From contig CAVNZM010000006.1 in NCBI GenBank assembly GCA_963693365.1, positions 9,923,355-9,987,354 of the forward strand: 64,000 bases of DNA, given 5' to 3'. Source of the stretch: Amoebidium appalachense. Its lineage: Eukaryota > Protista > Ichthyosporea. The position numbers and the translations under genes were made by a program. The notes under the pieces were generated by a model, which saw nothing but the letters and a program-made list of their open reading frames with translations, had not been told where the DNA came from and ran no database searches. Numbering within the stretch: the stretch's first letter is position 1; each line of letters opens with the position of its first letter. This document shows positions 1-13,600 of the stretch, in pieces.

Positions 1-967
1 CCCACCCAGTTGCTGACCTTCTTCTCCTCCTCCACTACCTGATTGCATGCTCAGTGCCCATAGCAAATACCCACACTTGCATATGTGTTCATTGCTCTTA
101 TGCATACGACAATGCAACAACTTATCGACTTATCTACATGTCAAAAAGAGATACGGAATTGGGCATGGTGAATGGGGCATGGCTGCATGTGGTTATGGAT
201 GTAAAGGGAAGTGGGCGGGAGGCAGGGCCGGAAGGGGGATACACAATGCAAAAATGCAAACACGTGCACGAAGATGCATCCCTTCCATACACATACAGGT
301 ATACTTAACAGCCAGGGCAAAAGAAGCATACTTTAGTGAAAACAATGCAGGCCACCAGGCACACAGCCACACACTACGACCACAAGCAGGCCAACTATGA
401 ACACAATCACATGCACACCACACACACAAGGGATCACCCACCATGACGTCGTGGCTGTCCAGCACCCCATAGGTGTCCGTGTCAAAGTCAAACAGATGGC
501 TCTCCACACGCAGCGAGCTAGGGGTGTGGGGGATGGGGGTGGAGGGGGGGGGTTAAAGTAGGTGGTAGTATCCGAGGCCCAACATGACGCAAAGCAGGTG
601 GGCAAGACGGGTGCAAAAGGGGGGGAACGGGGGGAGGGGGGGGGGGGGGGGGGGGGGAGGGGGGGGGGGGGGAAAAGGAGGAAAGTGTGGGGATGCTGAC
701 TAATCAAGAAAGAATGACAACAGCTCTGTGTGTGTTCTAGGGACCATTCAACAACCTCTATGTATGAATGTAGCTTCAGTGTTTGAGTAGCAAATGCCTA
801 CCCATCCGGTCTCCCTGTTTGCTCCCGAAGCAACTGCCCCCCCCCCCCCCCCCCCCCCCCCCTCCTCCCCCTCAGACAGACACACGCACACACACATTCT
901 TTCTTGCTCCCCCCCTTGCTCCCCCGGGCTATTCCCTTCTCCCACCTCCCACCTCGCTCTCTCACTC

Positions 968-1036
<69 letters not shown>

Positions 1037-2099
1037 CCCCACGATTTTATCCTTTTAACACCCTGCATCTCCCCCTTGGCACACCCATAGATGTATGTTG
1101 ATAATATGGGATATCACCTCTTTTCTGTATTACTTCAGTTTCAATTCGGCATGATGGAAAGGTGTTGGGAGGTAGCACTGAACGGAGGAAGGGGGAGGGC
1201 GGGCGGGGGGAGGGGGGGGGAGGGGGAGGAAGAGGGATAAAGGTGGGGCAAAAACCTGTTCTCTGTCGCCTCTGCCGAATCCGCACCTTCAAGCTTGAGT
1301 GGTACCTGAGTAAAGGAGCCATTTCAGCCACATAGTTGATCACAATATTTTCATATACCCCGTGCAAGCTCACTCTTTTCACATCATTGGAGGGGGATAT
1401 GGAGTTGGAATCGGGCAAATCATAATTCCTGCACTGCTTATCAATATAAGAGGACTAATACTATTGTGCTACATGCCTCCTCCTTAACTCCCTCTGTGCT
1501 CCAAAAAAGGCCATTAGTGTGATCTTTCCTCACATCTCCCCCCTCCCCCCTCCCCCCCTTGCCCGGCCCCCTCCCCTCCCCTTCCCGCCCCCTCCCCCTC
1601 CCCTGGGTTTCCCATCCCCACCTCCCTCCAATCCAAACAGATTTCTCCCCACGGACACATCGAAATGTGGTGGAGCACATGTGTGCACCCTACTGACCCC
1701 TGTGGCGGCATGGGTTGGGGATGGTGGGTCCTCGTCACCCCTGCAAGAGTAGAGTGAGTATTCGATCTTAGCTGCTAGTCTGTTGCATCATCACCCTTCT
1801 AGATTGCTTGGGTATATCATCAAGAAGAAAAGCACACAGCTGGGCAGATACACCAGGAGGTTACACGTAGAACAATTTTCTGCATGGACGTTATAATGTG
1901 TGCGGGTGTTTGGCCTTTGGTGGGGAGAAAGGAGGGGGGGGGGAGGGGGGGGGAGGGGGGAAGGGGGAGGGTATGCAGAACATATCAATGTTTTTGGGGA
2001 CATGTGGCAGGGATGCTCGGGAATGGAGAGGAAAGGGGAAAGGGGGGGGGGGGGGGGGAGGGGGGTGAGCGAGAAGGGGAGGGGCAGCCTTTCGTGTGT

Positions 2100-2146
<47 letters not shown>

Positions 2147-2262
2147 GGGGGAAGGGGGGAGGAAATGTGGACATCCAGGTGAGGGTGGGGGAGGAGTTTG
2201 TTCATAGAGGATACGTGCGATACGAACAGAGCAGAGCATGCAAGCTTGGCTTCAGCAACCCA

Positions 2263-2307
<45 letters not shown>

Positions 2308-2387
2308 GTGTGGTGGTGGTGGTGGTGGGTGGGTGGGTGGGGCGGGTGGGTGGGTGGATGGCTGGGTGGGTTGGGGGTGGGGGGTGG

Positions 2388-2422
<35 letters not shown>

Positions 2423-5400
2423 ACAACACTAACCAGATCATTGGGTCTGAATCATGGGGCTGTGGATGCACCTCTGCATGGATTGGACCAACAAACACAG
2501 TCAGCGCTCACCAAGAGTCAGCTACCACACCGAGGGAGGAGCAGAAAACACAATCGCCAAAAAAAAAAACAATTTTATTGACGAAAAGGTACGTAACCAG
2601 AAACCCTTCTTTGTGTGTGCTGGATTCCCAACCACTCGACCAATCGTATTTTACAATTAAATCATATTTTTTTATCTTTAAACCTTTTTGTGCACGCACC
2701 TTGTGGCAGGGCATCTGCCTGCTTGAGCTCCAGCATGATGGTGCGCAGCACATAGCCAATCACCTGGAAGGTAGGCCGCCTGAGCGTGTCACGTGACAGG
2801 CATTGCTCTGCATGTGCGGGTAGAGTGGTTAGGTGGAGGGTGAAGGGGGGAAGGGGAAAGGGGGGGGGAGGGGGGGGGGGGGGGGGAGGGGGGGGGGGAA
2901 TGGGCAGAGTGCGGCAGACAGCACGGAGTACATCGGCACACAGAGAACACGTGCACTCTGAGGCGACCACTCAAACAAATGTGGTATAAGCATGTGGGGT
3001 GAGTGGATGGGTGGTGTGTATGTCTGTGGGGGCCCCGGGGGAGGGCAGGGGTGGGGAGGGGGGGATGTGATCCGTGTTACAAAGGTACAAGAGCGTTCAG
3101 CGAAAACTGCGAAGGAAAAAAAAAGACCAACAAAAGCTCACGAAAAGGATATTCAATACAGGCGGGGCCTACTCTCGAGTGGGGAGGGGAGGAGGAGGAG
3201 GAGGAGGGGGGGGGGGGGGAAGGGGGGGGGGGGAATTGGAGGGATAGGGGGAAGGAGGGAAAGGGCTTGTGGTCTTTTACGACAAAGGTTGAAGTTAGGG
3301 TACGGTTCATGAACAGATAGCCGAGCAGCATTGTTTGAACAGAGGCCAAACAGGCGCTGGTATCAGAGGAAAAAGAATGCCGTAGCGTGATATCTCAGGC
3401 CACGAGAGTATGACACAGCATGCACACACCTATTAGGGTCTCTAGCTGCACAGGCACATCTGGTAGAAGCCCCACGGGTGGCTTATAGTCACGGGGGTGC
3501 ATCTGTGTGCCTGCATGTCAGCGTGTGTGCGTGCACTGGAAGACACACATGGGGCAATGATAAAGGGCAAACATGGGTGACATGTGACTAACTCGGCAAA
3601 CACCTGTTGCTTCTCGAAAAAATATGTTAGACCTCGAGTTTAGATTGTCGCCATCAGTGTCCTATTCCATCCACCTCACATACACATTGACTCAAATCCC
3701 TTATCTCTCACCCTTCATCCACCACCCCTAGCCTCCCCCATCCCCCGTGCACTCCCTTCCCCTTCACCTTCACCATCACCCATCCACACATACACCCAGA
3801 CACCCAACCCCACCACCTCGCTCCCTGACTTACTGACAACAACTGGGCCAAAGTATACATGGTTGAATGGGAGAATCAGGAGACACAATGGGGTAAATAC
3901 CGTTCCGTTGGTAAGTAATAACCAACACAGCATGCCGAAGGAATACACATCAGAGGCCATAGTTGGAGCGTGGCCCTCGAGAACCTGCATGTTTGGAAGA
4001 GAAAAGGGGCAGCTCAGCCTATGACTGGTGGATGCATCATAGGGAAAGAAGTGTGCGTGTGCAGATCCACACACACACCGTGCAACAGGCAGGAGATATT
4101 CAAACTTATGCACACGGACAGACACACAACCACTGTGGAGCGGGCACACACGGACTGACTTACTTGATTGCGAACTCCTCATAAGGGCACCATAGCGCAC
4201 CGACACAAAAACACAGATGGACGGGTGCGCACAAATGCAAGTGTGAAGTTGCACTGGACAGAGGCCAAGATTTCTTCATGCACATGCACACGTATGCATG
4301 TCCTGGTCTTCTATGCTAGTAGTGGTGGTGGTTGTTTTTTTTTTTTTTTTTTTTTTTTTGGGGGGGGGGGGGGGAAGGGGGGGGGGGGGAAGACACAGAC
4401 CTCCTCTGCAACGAATAATCGTTGCAGGTCGGCCATATCGTCATCGGGATCGGTCATATTTGGGTGCCTGTGGGCCAGGGGGGATGAGCCGTGGGTTTGG
4501 GTTGGTTTCATACAAGACCTTTTGTTGCATCTTGCTAGGTGGTGCCTATGGGTGGGCATCCATTATCATACATGTCAACCACTGCAGCCAAAAATAAACA
4601 AAACAATAATGATATAATGATAAAGTGGAAAAGGGAAAAAAAATAACCCCGAGACTGCACACGTGGCTAACAGGACTGGGAGGGACCTACCCACACTGGC
4701 TGGTGTTGAAATCCCCCGAGACCATATAGCACCTTGCCATCTGAATGGTGTGCCTCAGTTTACAGCCATACCCCACCATTCATATAGATCACTCCCAGCC
4801 ATGCCACCATTCATATGCACCAGATGACTCAGAATTGTTCTAACTGTTTCTCACTGATACATACCCTACTTGCCCTCCCCCCCCCCCCCCCCCCCCACAC
4901 ACACCCTCCCCCAGCCTCCCCGCCCCTCCCCCCTCCCCCCGGTTCTCCCCCGTTTTACTTCACCTGCAACCATTCCTTCTCAACCAGTGACTTTTTTGCT
5001 CCCTTGGTAACACAAACAAGGAACATGGCTTCTGTCTCACGTTCACTCCGTGCATGTCCCCCATCTCCCCCCTCCCTCCCCCCCGTCCACCCTCATCGCC
5101 TCCTCATCCCTAGTTGCGCATCAACACGCCCATCCACGTACTGGCCAAAACAGGCCAAAACACAACACACATAAGAGTTCAACAACATGCCCAAGTTACC
5201 TTCATACATCTCTCTGACAGGAGACAAAAGGAAAATGTTCAAGCGGTGAACAACAGCGTCCTAAGAGGCATTTCACTATAGATCCACCCAGTTAAGAGCC
5301 CTTCCATTTATCATACTCACCTCAAAGCTTAAATACGAATCAGTGAGTCGCTGCGTCCGGTGTGTGATTAGTTCGCGTAGTTCGGCAAACCCATAGCCGG

Positions 5401-5909
5401 AAACCTGCAAGAAACTGTGTCATTCGGGGTAAGAAGTACATGCTTTTCATCATTTCTCGCTTACTGAACCTTTACAGACCGCTAACCAAAAAAAAAGGTT
5501 GCCGGCAGAATATGCACACCACTTGCGATAACGCAAGCAGAAAGCCATATTATTGGCTAGTATGGGCCGGGGTTGGGGAGAAATTACTTTTGCATTTCCT
5601 TGGTGATCCAAAAGCACTGTCTGGCAGGTGAGGTTGGTGTGCAGGACTGGGGGGTCCTGTGAATGCAGAAACCTCACTCCTTTGGCCACCTGCAAAAGAG
5701 TGAAACATTAGCTGCACGCCCGACTTGCAGTTGTCTTGTGTTTGCGCAGTGCGTGCATGTACTTGGAACAAAGCATGCTAGCCCCCCTCCTCTCCCCCTC
5801 AAATCCCCCCTTCCCCCTAATCTGCCCAAACACCATTACAATCACTACACAGACGCATACAAACACACACGCACACGCACACACCACACACTACACACAC
5901 ACACACACA

Positions 5910-5950
<41 letters not shown>

Positions 5951-6828
5951 CCTCCCTCTCTCTCTCTCTCTCTTACTCACATACCCACACCCCCAGAGAA
6001 GAAGGGCCTGAGTGTAATGAAGGGGGCTAAATTGGCAGAGAAAGGAACACAGAGCCTTGGGGCAGCAACATATCATGCCTGTTGGCTCTTCATGCTCTTC
6101 GTAACCATCAAACGACACGGAGCCAATGCAAAAAACCTGAAACACACGAATAGACGTGTAGCGAATCAAGCCTCCCCCCACGAGTCCCCCCCCCCCCCCC
6201 CCGTCCCCCCCTCCTTCTCCCCCCCCCCCCTCCCCCTCTCCCAGAATCCCCTCCACCCACCTCCCTCCCTCCCTCCCCCCGCCCTCCCCACCTGAGTGAG
6301 TAGCCTTATTTTGGCCCGTGTGGATAGTTTGGGGATTGATGACGTGAGTGTTGTTGGTCGAGCAGCCCAGCTGCAAGTGGGGACATATCAGCGACTGTGG
6401 CAAGTTTAGAGGAATTTGACGGCTTTCCTTCTCTCACTCTCGCCCTCTCTCTCTCTCTCTCTCTCTCTCCTCCCTCCCCCCACCCTCTCTTCCCCCTCCC
6501 CACAACACCCCCTCCTTCCCTCCTTATGTGCATGCCTTTTTTCGGGTCAGAGTGTGACTTATCTTTGAGTGTGTGTCTGCGTGTACGTGCGATCTTTGAG
6601 GGCGAATTACAGTTGGCTTACAGGTGGCTAAGATGGGGGGGGGGGGGGGGGGGGGGGGGTATATCCGGGTGTGTTTCTGTTTCAAAGCTCCCAAATATTT
6701 TCAATCCATTCATGTGCACCTTCATCGGCTAAAGGTCATGCACGTGTGCATCCATGCGACAGTGCAGAGACAAATTTAACCCGTGTGTGCGTGTGTGTGT
6801 GTGTGCGGTGTACATGCGTGCATGCATG

Positions 6829-6888
<60 letters not shown>

Positions 6889-9800
6889 AGGGGTCGAGGG
6901 TGGGTGGGAAGGGTGGGGGGAAGGGAAGGGAGCAGAATTGCTTGAGAACTCAACAAGGCACCAGGGGGGGCGAGGGGCGGGGAGGGGAGAGGAGGGGGAG
7001 GGGAGTGAGAAAAGGAGGGATTTGGGGGGAGGGGGGAGGGGCGGGGGAGGGGGGGGGGGGGGGGGGAGGGCCATCTGAAAAGGAGGAAAACGGGGTGAAA
7101 ATGCACGATTAGTCAGAAGTCAAGTGGCTGACGGGGCCAAGCAAGCCAGCAGGATGATTGTAACAAGCTGGCACCTTGGGTTGATGACGGCAGTCAGTGG
7201 CAGGGCCATCCACGGCAGCACCAGGCAGAAGCCCCCACACTCCTGGCTCGGGCCACCAGACGGGCCACAGTCGGCAAAGGCATGTTGCTCCCGTAGCACA
7301 CCAATCACTGGGAGGAGGTGTGGGTGCCGCAGGCCCTGTTGGCAAAGGCTATCGGTGAGTCTACCTGGTGTCTACACCTACACATATTCGATGCTTGCTG
7401 CTATCTCGCCTCGTATCCTAGATTCCTTTTCATCTTCACTCTAGATCTTGCATGGAGCAGAACTTGTTTGATTGACATTACCCCCATAAATACTTTTACT
7501 AAGCCTGCAGTGCCTACCATTACTTCGATCTCGGTGTATTCAAGTTTTCGGTTTTCTTCTTGCGTAATTCGTTTTCCATTTGCATTTTTGGTATCTTGGA
7601 TTTGGCCCGTAGATTGTTTGGATAAGAATACCAGATGAGCATGCACAGGCAATTCACAAAGTTAAAGCTGGTTATCTCTGGTGTGTGAAAAACGATACAG
7701 GGTGAATGTATCAGTACAGTCCTTGGACGTACCCATGCTTGCTATTTATGAGCTTGGCAGGTGCTAAAACCATCTATTTTTCATTGCTTGTGCATTGTCG
7801 GTGTGCACGGGCACGTGTAGAAGGAGTCCGTGTGTGTATGATGTGTGTAGCAGCGTGCCCAGCAGCGTGCATGTACTTGTGTGTGTGCACCGGACGGTTC
7901 ATGTCTGTCCTTTGTTGATCATATCGTATCGGCGCAAGCGTGTGTCTGCTTTGTGTGTCTGCTTTGTATGTGCGTGGACGTGTGCGATGTACCACAGTTT
8001 GTGTGCTATATACACTCTGGTCCACTTGGCGTCTGGGAACACCGTTTTCATTCAGTTAGAAGGTGCTTGCTTACCAGGTATTGGTGAAGTTCGGGCTCGA
8101 ATTTCCTTTTTGTAGCCGAGCTGATGTCTGTTGGCAAGCCTTTGATTGCCACTTTTTTGCCTTTCAAAGACCCCTGGCAAATGTCTCCGAGACTCTGGTG
8201 GCTGGGAACGCTGTGTTACAAGAAATTTCCTTTGTTTATACGGAAGTACACAGATTAGAAAACCACGAATAAAACCATGGGAAAAGTGTAGATAAATTAG
8301 GCTGGTTTAAAGCTATGTTACTGATAGCCGTTGCTGGTGAGGAAAAATCAGACGGGCCACCATGAGCAGCAAGCAAGGACAAAGTCGGGGTGAGGTTGTT
8401 CCCTGTTTCACGAGAGGGACGGTCGGCAGAGGGAGGGGAAAGGGGTTGATGAGAACCTACTATGGTGGAGCAGTGCGGGCCATAGGAGAGAATGTATGTC
8501 TTTTTTTTTTTTTTTTTTTTTTTTTTGGGGGGGGGGGGGGAAGGGGGGGTGTAGGAGGGTGTGTGTGTGTGTTGGAAGGTGGGGGGGGGGGGGGGGGGGG
8601 AGGGGGAGAAGATGATGGCTGTTTGCACGATTTAAACAGAAGCTTGTATACTAAGGTGGTGGGGCAAGGAAACACTGCGCAATCTCACACGCAGGCATAC
8701 CCACCTCACATAAGGGCACGAGGTTTCAGATATGGGTTGAATGAACGTTACTTCTTCCCGTGGTATCTTAAATGGTTCTAGCCGGTCCCTATCTGGCACC
8801 ACCTCCATAGACTGTGTGCTGTTTGGTAAAAAACCGTTTGTGCGTGTGTCAGTGGATCAGCGCACCCTGCTTTATGTGTGTGTGTTGCTGCGCGTGCGTG
8901 TGCATGCAGGCACGTGTGCGTGTGCGTTTGTGTGTGTGCATGTCTGCTTGTGTTTTGAGTGTTGATAAGCTTGTGCACCTGTGTGCATGTGTGTGCTTTC
9001 ATGCATGAGGAGGCATTTGGGTAAGTGGCTGGGCGGGTGGTGGGTGGGTGGGGCACCTGGTTGAATGTGTTTTTGTGTGGCTAGAAGCGTGCATAGCTGA
9101 GAGGCTTGTGGGAGGCCGCACTGAGTACCTGCCTGGGGGCTACCGTGTGGAGATAAAGGATTTGGAGGGAAAGGAAACGAGATGTGGGCCCCAATAGGGC
9201 CCACATCTCGTTTAATAGGGCCCCAATAGGGCAACCAAGAGCAACAATCTACAAGCTACATGTTGCTGGGGTTGGGTGTTATTGGGACTACAAGAAATTT
9301 GTTCTTAGTAGAAAAAGCAGCTGAGCTCAACTTAAACTTCTACCACCGGGAATATGCTTGCAATCAAGCCTTTGACACTGCTGCGATTACCATACCTTAC
9401 TGCCTGGCTGGAATCCGTCCCGTCATACCAGAGACTGTCAACTGACTTAATTCGACGCTCGTTTTGCGTACCACGGGAAACGGGATGGTTTTGGCCCATC
9501 TTGCACGACAGAAAAAGTGCTGACTAGAAAAAATGCAAAGTTCAGACGTACCAGCGAGATCTAGTGCTGAAGCCGGCAGCTTGAGATCTTGACGTTTTCC
9601 CTGCAACTAGCACTTTGCACTAGGTCTTGCAAATTTGTCTCCGAAACAGCCGAAGCCTGCATTATACACTAGCTATTGGCATGTTGTCTCCAAAAACAGC
9701 TCGGCTGTCTTGTGCACTATATTAGATCTTGTCTGTTGCCTTAAACAGTCGGACTAGCACGTCGTCATGGCTAATTATACGTGTAGGCACGCCACCAAGT

Positions 9801-10058
9801 TCTCGGCCAGATAATTTTTCATGTACATAAGCGGGATCTCGTACTTGTCCAAGGCTAGCACTTTGATCTGTGTGATCATATGTCCTCGGGGAAATGGCAG
9901 CTCGCTGCTAACTAGCGTATTAGGTGGCAGGGCAAAATCATTCGCTATTTAGTTAGTGAGAATTATCTGCTGCAGTTTGAGTTTTTGGAAATAGTTGTTT
10001 CTTCTACTGTCCTAGGGCACCATTTAGCACACTCTTCTCTAAAAAGGCTGAAGAACAT
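1..10058 (-). CDS. Multi-exon TKL-like protein kinase, probably catalytically inactive, with an unidentified C-terminal extension; 3' end lies beyond the window start and the 5' end is uncertain
   Basis: Phase-compatible GT-AG exons give the kinase subdomains in order: ~8075-8210 LGDICQGSLKGKKVAIKGLP..FEPELHQYL; ~7175-7335 GLRHPHLLPVIG..LVLPWM; ~6292-6370 LSTRAKIRLLTQ; ~5588-5689 VAKGVRFLHSQDPPVLHTNLTCQTVLLD; 5321-5404 VSGYGFAEL; ~3900-3983 ASDVYSFGMLCW; ~2700-2807 CLSRDTLRRPTF. Further exons at ~2435, ~1660-1740, ~1287-1428, ~440-517 and 1-38. Confidence 0.8.
9175..9213. repeat. Perfect 17-bp inverted repeat with a 5-nt loop in a kinase intron
   Basis: aaacgagatgtgggccc-caata-gggcccacatctcgttt, followed by a second partial copy aatagggccccaatagggc. 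Confidence 0.9.
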
Positions 10059-10195
10059 TTCATTCAAATGCTACGAAGCGTATCAGTTCTCAGCAGAGCC
10101 TCAGCCATGGGGCCAGTTCCGAAACTTCTGCTCAGGTCTCTGCTCAGGCGATGTGCGTTCTGATGTGCGTACGTCACGGTAGGTGCAACGGTTGC

Positions 10196-10228
10196 AGCCA
10201 ATCATTATCGGGAATGCATTGATTGGCT
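10196..10228. promoter_or_regulatory. Two oppositely oriented CCAAT boxes in the divergent kinase/Tim23 promoter region
   Basis: agccaatca (10196-10204) and its exact reverse complement tgattggct (10220-10228), lying between two head-to-head genes. Function is inferred. Confidence 0.5.
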
Positions 10229-10640
10229 ATTTGCGCACCACCTCAACAGTGGGCCAAGGGAAGACAGCTATTTTTAGGCTGATTAAATACCAAAAAATCT
10301 AAATATATCTGGCACCACGCGGCTCAGTAAGTCAGCCCGCCGCGCTGGCAGGCTGCAGCTGCGGCCGCCATATCTGGCGCCAAGGCGCCCAAGACATGTG
10401 CTTGATCTGAGAAAAAAAGAGCACACATACGCACGGTGACAGTCGGACGTGAGAAAGGTTGCGTGTAGACCAAGAGAGGTTTAGTGCGTGTGCTGGTAGG
10501 CTTAAAATACAAAGAGATTACACTCACAGAGTTTGTTCGAAGTAGCTTTCTTCTTTTGCACTACAGCGTTAGTGCGCATCTTTGCAGCCCACCACCGCAC
10601 TCTACTCTTGCTGTCCGGGTGACACGTCTTACACGTAAAA

Positions 10641-13600
10641 ATGTCTTCCGAAGATGGCCAGCAAAGTTTCCCCCAGAGGTCATACGATGAGTCTGACCCC
10701 TCCATCATGTCAGTCCCAGGTATGCAGCTCTCTGCTTCTGTGACGAGAACAAGCTTTCTTGTAGAGGGCTGTGTCGTTGTCTGAGAAGTGACGTGAGGTT
10801 TGTGTAGAATGTGACATGGCAATTGGGCGCATGGTAGGAGAAGGGAGTGCTGCTGGAGGGTTGCGTTTGGATTTTCTGTGCCTTCTTGTCAGTGTTTGTG
10901 CATAGCCTCGTGTGTTTGTGTGTGTGTTGATAACTGCTTCTAAGTAGTAGACGCACCTTTTTACGGTACATACTTGTGAGTATACTATGGGTCAGGAGGG
11001 TGCAACAATGGGTCTTGAGGGGGGTGGTGGGTTGTGCGTTTCGGTGTGCTGGAGTGGAACTGTGCTCTGGGTTACTACAGCAAGGGGTTCTGTGTCCTGA
11101 GCCTTGACTATTTAAGGTCTTAGCTTAGTAGTATAGTTGCTGTATAGTTGCTCAAGTTGTGCACTCTGGTTTGCTGACAACCTGAATGCTTGCAGTCTTT
11201 GCACAGGGCAGCTCGGTGATGTCACCGTATGCACAACAGTTTGGAGGCGCTCTTCCGTTCCAGGTTGCTGGTGGCAGTGGGGACACAGATTACCTTTTCC
11301 CGGAGGACTCACACAAGAAGAGGAGTATGTTCGAAAAGCTCGGTGTGAGGACCGGCGTTTCATACCTTGTTGGTAAGTCTTGTTCTCTTTGCTGTGCTGA
11401 CCACAGCGATGTCCGAGTGCTTATCTTTTTTCGCGTGCCCCAATCAGTGTAGTGTGCTGTTTGTATACCTGCTGATCGGATGCTGTTCTTGGTAGGTAGC
11501 TGTTAGGTCTAAGCGGGGCGAGGAGTACTGGCTGCAGCTGTGTGTGTATGTGTTTGTGTGTGTATATGGGGGGGAGAAGAAGGAGGCAGCTGAGGTGCAG
11601 AGAATTTTGGACCTGAAGCATGGGCAGGACCGTTTGTGGGGTAGGGGGGAAGGATTTTCGAAGGAGAGGCGATGGGCGGGGGGGTGTAGGGTAGGGGGGA
11701 ATGATTTTCGAAGGAGAGGCGGTGGGGGGGGGGGGGGAAGGGGGGGGAGGAGAGTGAGGGGAAATGGAATGGATTGAGAAAGGTGCTCTCGTGTTGATGT
11801 CGGAAGCTCACGTTGCTCTCCCCGTCAGGCTCATCAGTGGGTGGTGTGTGGGGCTTGGCTGAGGGCTTGAGGAACCCTGATGCCACCACACGGCGTCTGA
11901 AGATCAACAGTGTGCTCAACGCAGTCACACGAAGGGGTCCATTCGTGGGCAACTTCAGTGCCGTTCTCGGTAGGTGCCACATGTCATGTAGATGTTCTGT
12001 GTAATTTGGGACACTTGCTTTGCCCCCCTCCCCCTCCCCCCTCCCCCTTCCCCTCGGCCTGCTCTTCCTCCCCCCCCCCCCCCCCCCCCCCCCCCTCCCC
12101 CCCTTCCCCCCTTGGGCCCTCCCTGAGGATTGGCTCTGCTTATGACGTATACTGTGCGCATGGTTGATGTTGCATACTTGAATGTTTGCCTTTGCTTGTG
12201 TCCTGCACCATGTTTCTCATTGTGTATGTGTACTTCGTACCGTGTTCCGCATTCTCCCCCCCCCCCCCCCCCCCCCCCCCCCTCCCCCCCTCCCCCCGTC
12301 CGTCCCTGCCTGTTGTTGTACTTCGTGCCGTGTTCCGTATTCTACCTCCCCCCGCCTTCCCTTTCCCCTTCCTCCCCGTTTCTCTGCCTCTCTCTGCCTC
12401 CCCATGTGTCGGGGCATGTCATTCCATACACCGAATGGTTCTGTCAATGTGTGTCTTTGCACTTGGTGCTGTGGATCGGCTGTCCCCTCCCCTCCCCCTG
12501 CCCCCTGCCCCCGACTTGGGCTTTGCCTGAGGATGAGCTCTGCTCATTATCCATACTCTTTGTGTGTGTTGTGCACTCAGCATTGTGTTGTCCGTCATGA
12601 ATATATAATACTTCGTACTCAAGAATACATTCTACCCGCCCCGCCCCCGAGGCTCCCGTTTTCCTGAATTCTACAAGTGTATGCACTCAATTCTTCCCGG
12701 TATACCTTGCACTGAGTACTGTTTCCGCCCCGTACCTCACCGTGTGCAGTGTTTGAACCCTCCTCGTCCTCCCAAAACGCACACACACACACACACTCTC
12801 TCTCATTCTCTCTCTCACACACACACCAACATCAGCATGTATTATTACGGGCCCCGCTCCCCCCCTCCCTCTCCATCCCACCAGACGTCCTGGCACACAT
12901 ATCTAAGTTCCCGCACCCAGGCTTTGTTCTTGTTTTGTGTTATGAATGGGTGCTGCAAGCTGCCCCCCCGTATATACGCGGGCTAAGGGGTCGAAACTCA
13001 GACGCAATTGATGACTTGGGCCCTCCCTGAGGATGGGCTCTGCTTATGACGCATACTGTGCGCATGGCTGATGCTGCATACTTGAATGTTTGCCTTTGCA
13101 TGTGTCCTGCATCATGCTTCTCATCGTCTATGCGTACTTCGTACTGTGTTCCGCATTCAAACCCCCCCCTGTCTTCTTTCAGAGGTGTCCTTTCAGGACA
13201 GACCACTGTGTGGAGACATCTTTACTTCCATGCAACCGGGCATGGTTGCTCTGTGTCGTGCATCTGTAAGCACATACGCGTTTGTCGCTGCACTGCATTA
13301 GTTTGCACACACATCTTCACCGTTTTGCTCACCTTGCTTGCATAAGCAACCCTGCTCGTCTTTGATCAAGACGGGTTGACCCACCCAAGTTCAGTTGATG
13401 CTGCTGTCTGAGTTGGAGCGTCGTATATACGCGGGCTAAGGGGTCGAAACTCAGACGCAATTGATGACTTGGGCCCTCCCTGAGGATGGGCTCTGCTTAT
13501 GACGCATACTGTGCGCATGGCTGATGCTGCATACTTGAATGTTTGCCTTTGCATGTGTCCTGCATCATGCTTCTCATCGTCTATGCGTACTTCGTACTGT

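Noticed and set aside
5200-5213. 14-nt candidate micro-exon (cag|agagatgtatgaag|gtaact) in the kinase gene
   Set aside because: It introduces an in-frame TGA, and the flanking exons join in phase without it through the ~4688-4740 exon.
7401-7652. 83-aa minus-strand ORF superficially like kinase subdomain I
   Set aside because: It lies within an intron; the true subdomains I-III are in the ~8075-8210 exon, which splices in frame to GLRHP.
13461-13483. Box C (UUGAUGA) and box D (CUGA) suggesting an intronic C/D snoRNA
   Set aside because: The boxes are only ~12 nt apart, box C is altered in subfamily B, and the unit is a dispersed repeat. The GA is better explained by the internal k-turn. Not fully excluded.
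13441-13493. Simple type II hammerhead fold using GAAA..CUGAGGA locally
   Set aside because: The bases after CUGAGGA (tggg) cannot pair with those before GAAA (ggtc), and no local stem III/NUH forms; only the long-range model shows covariation.
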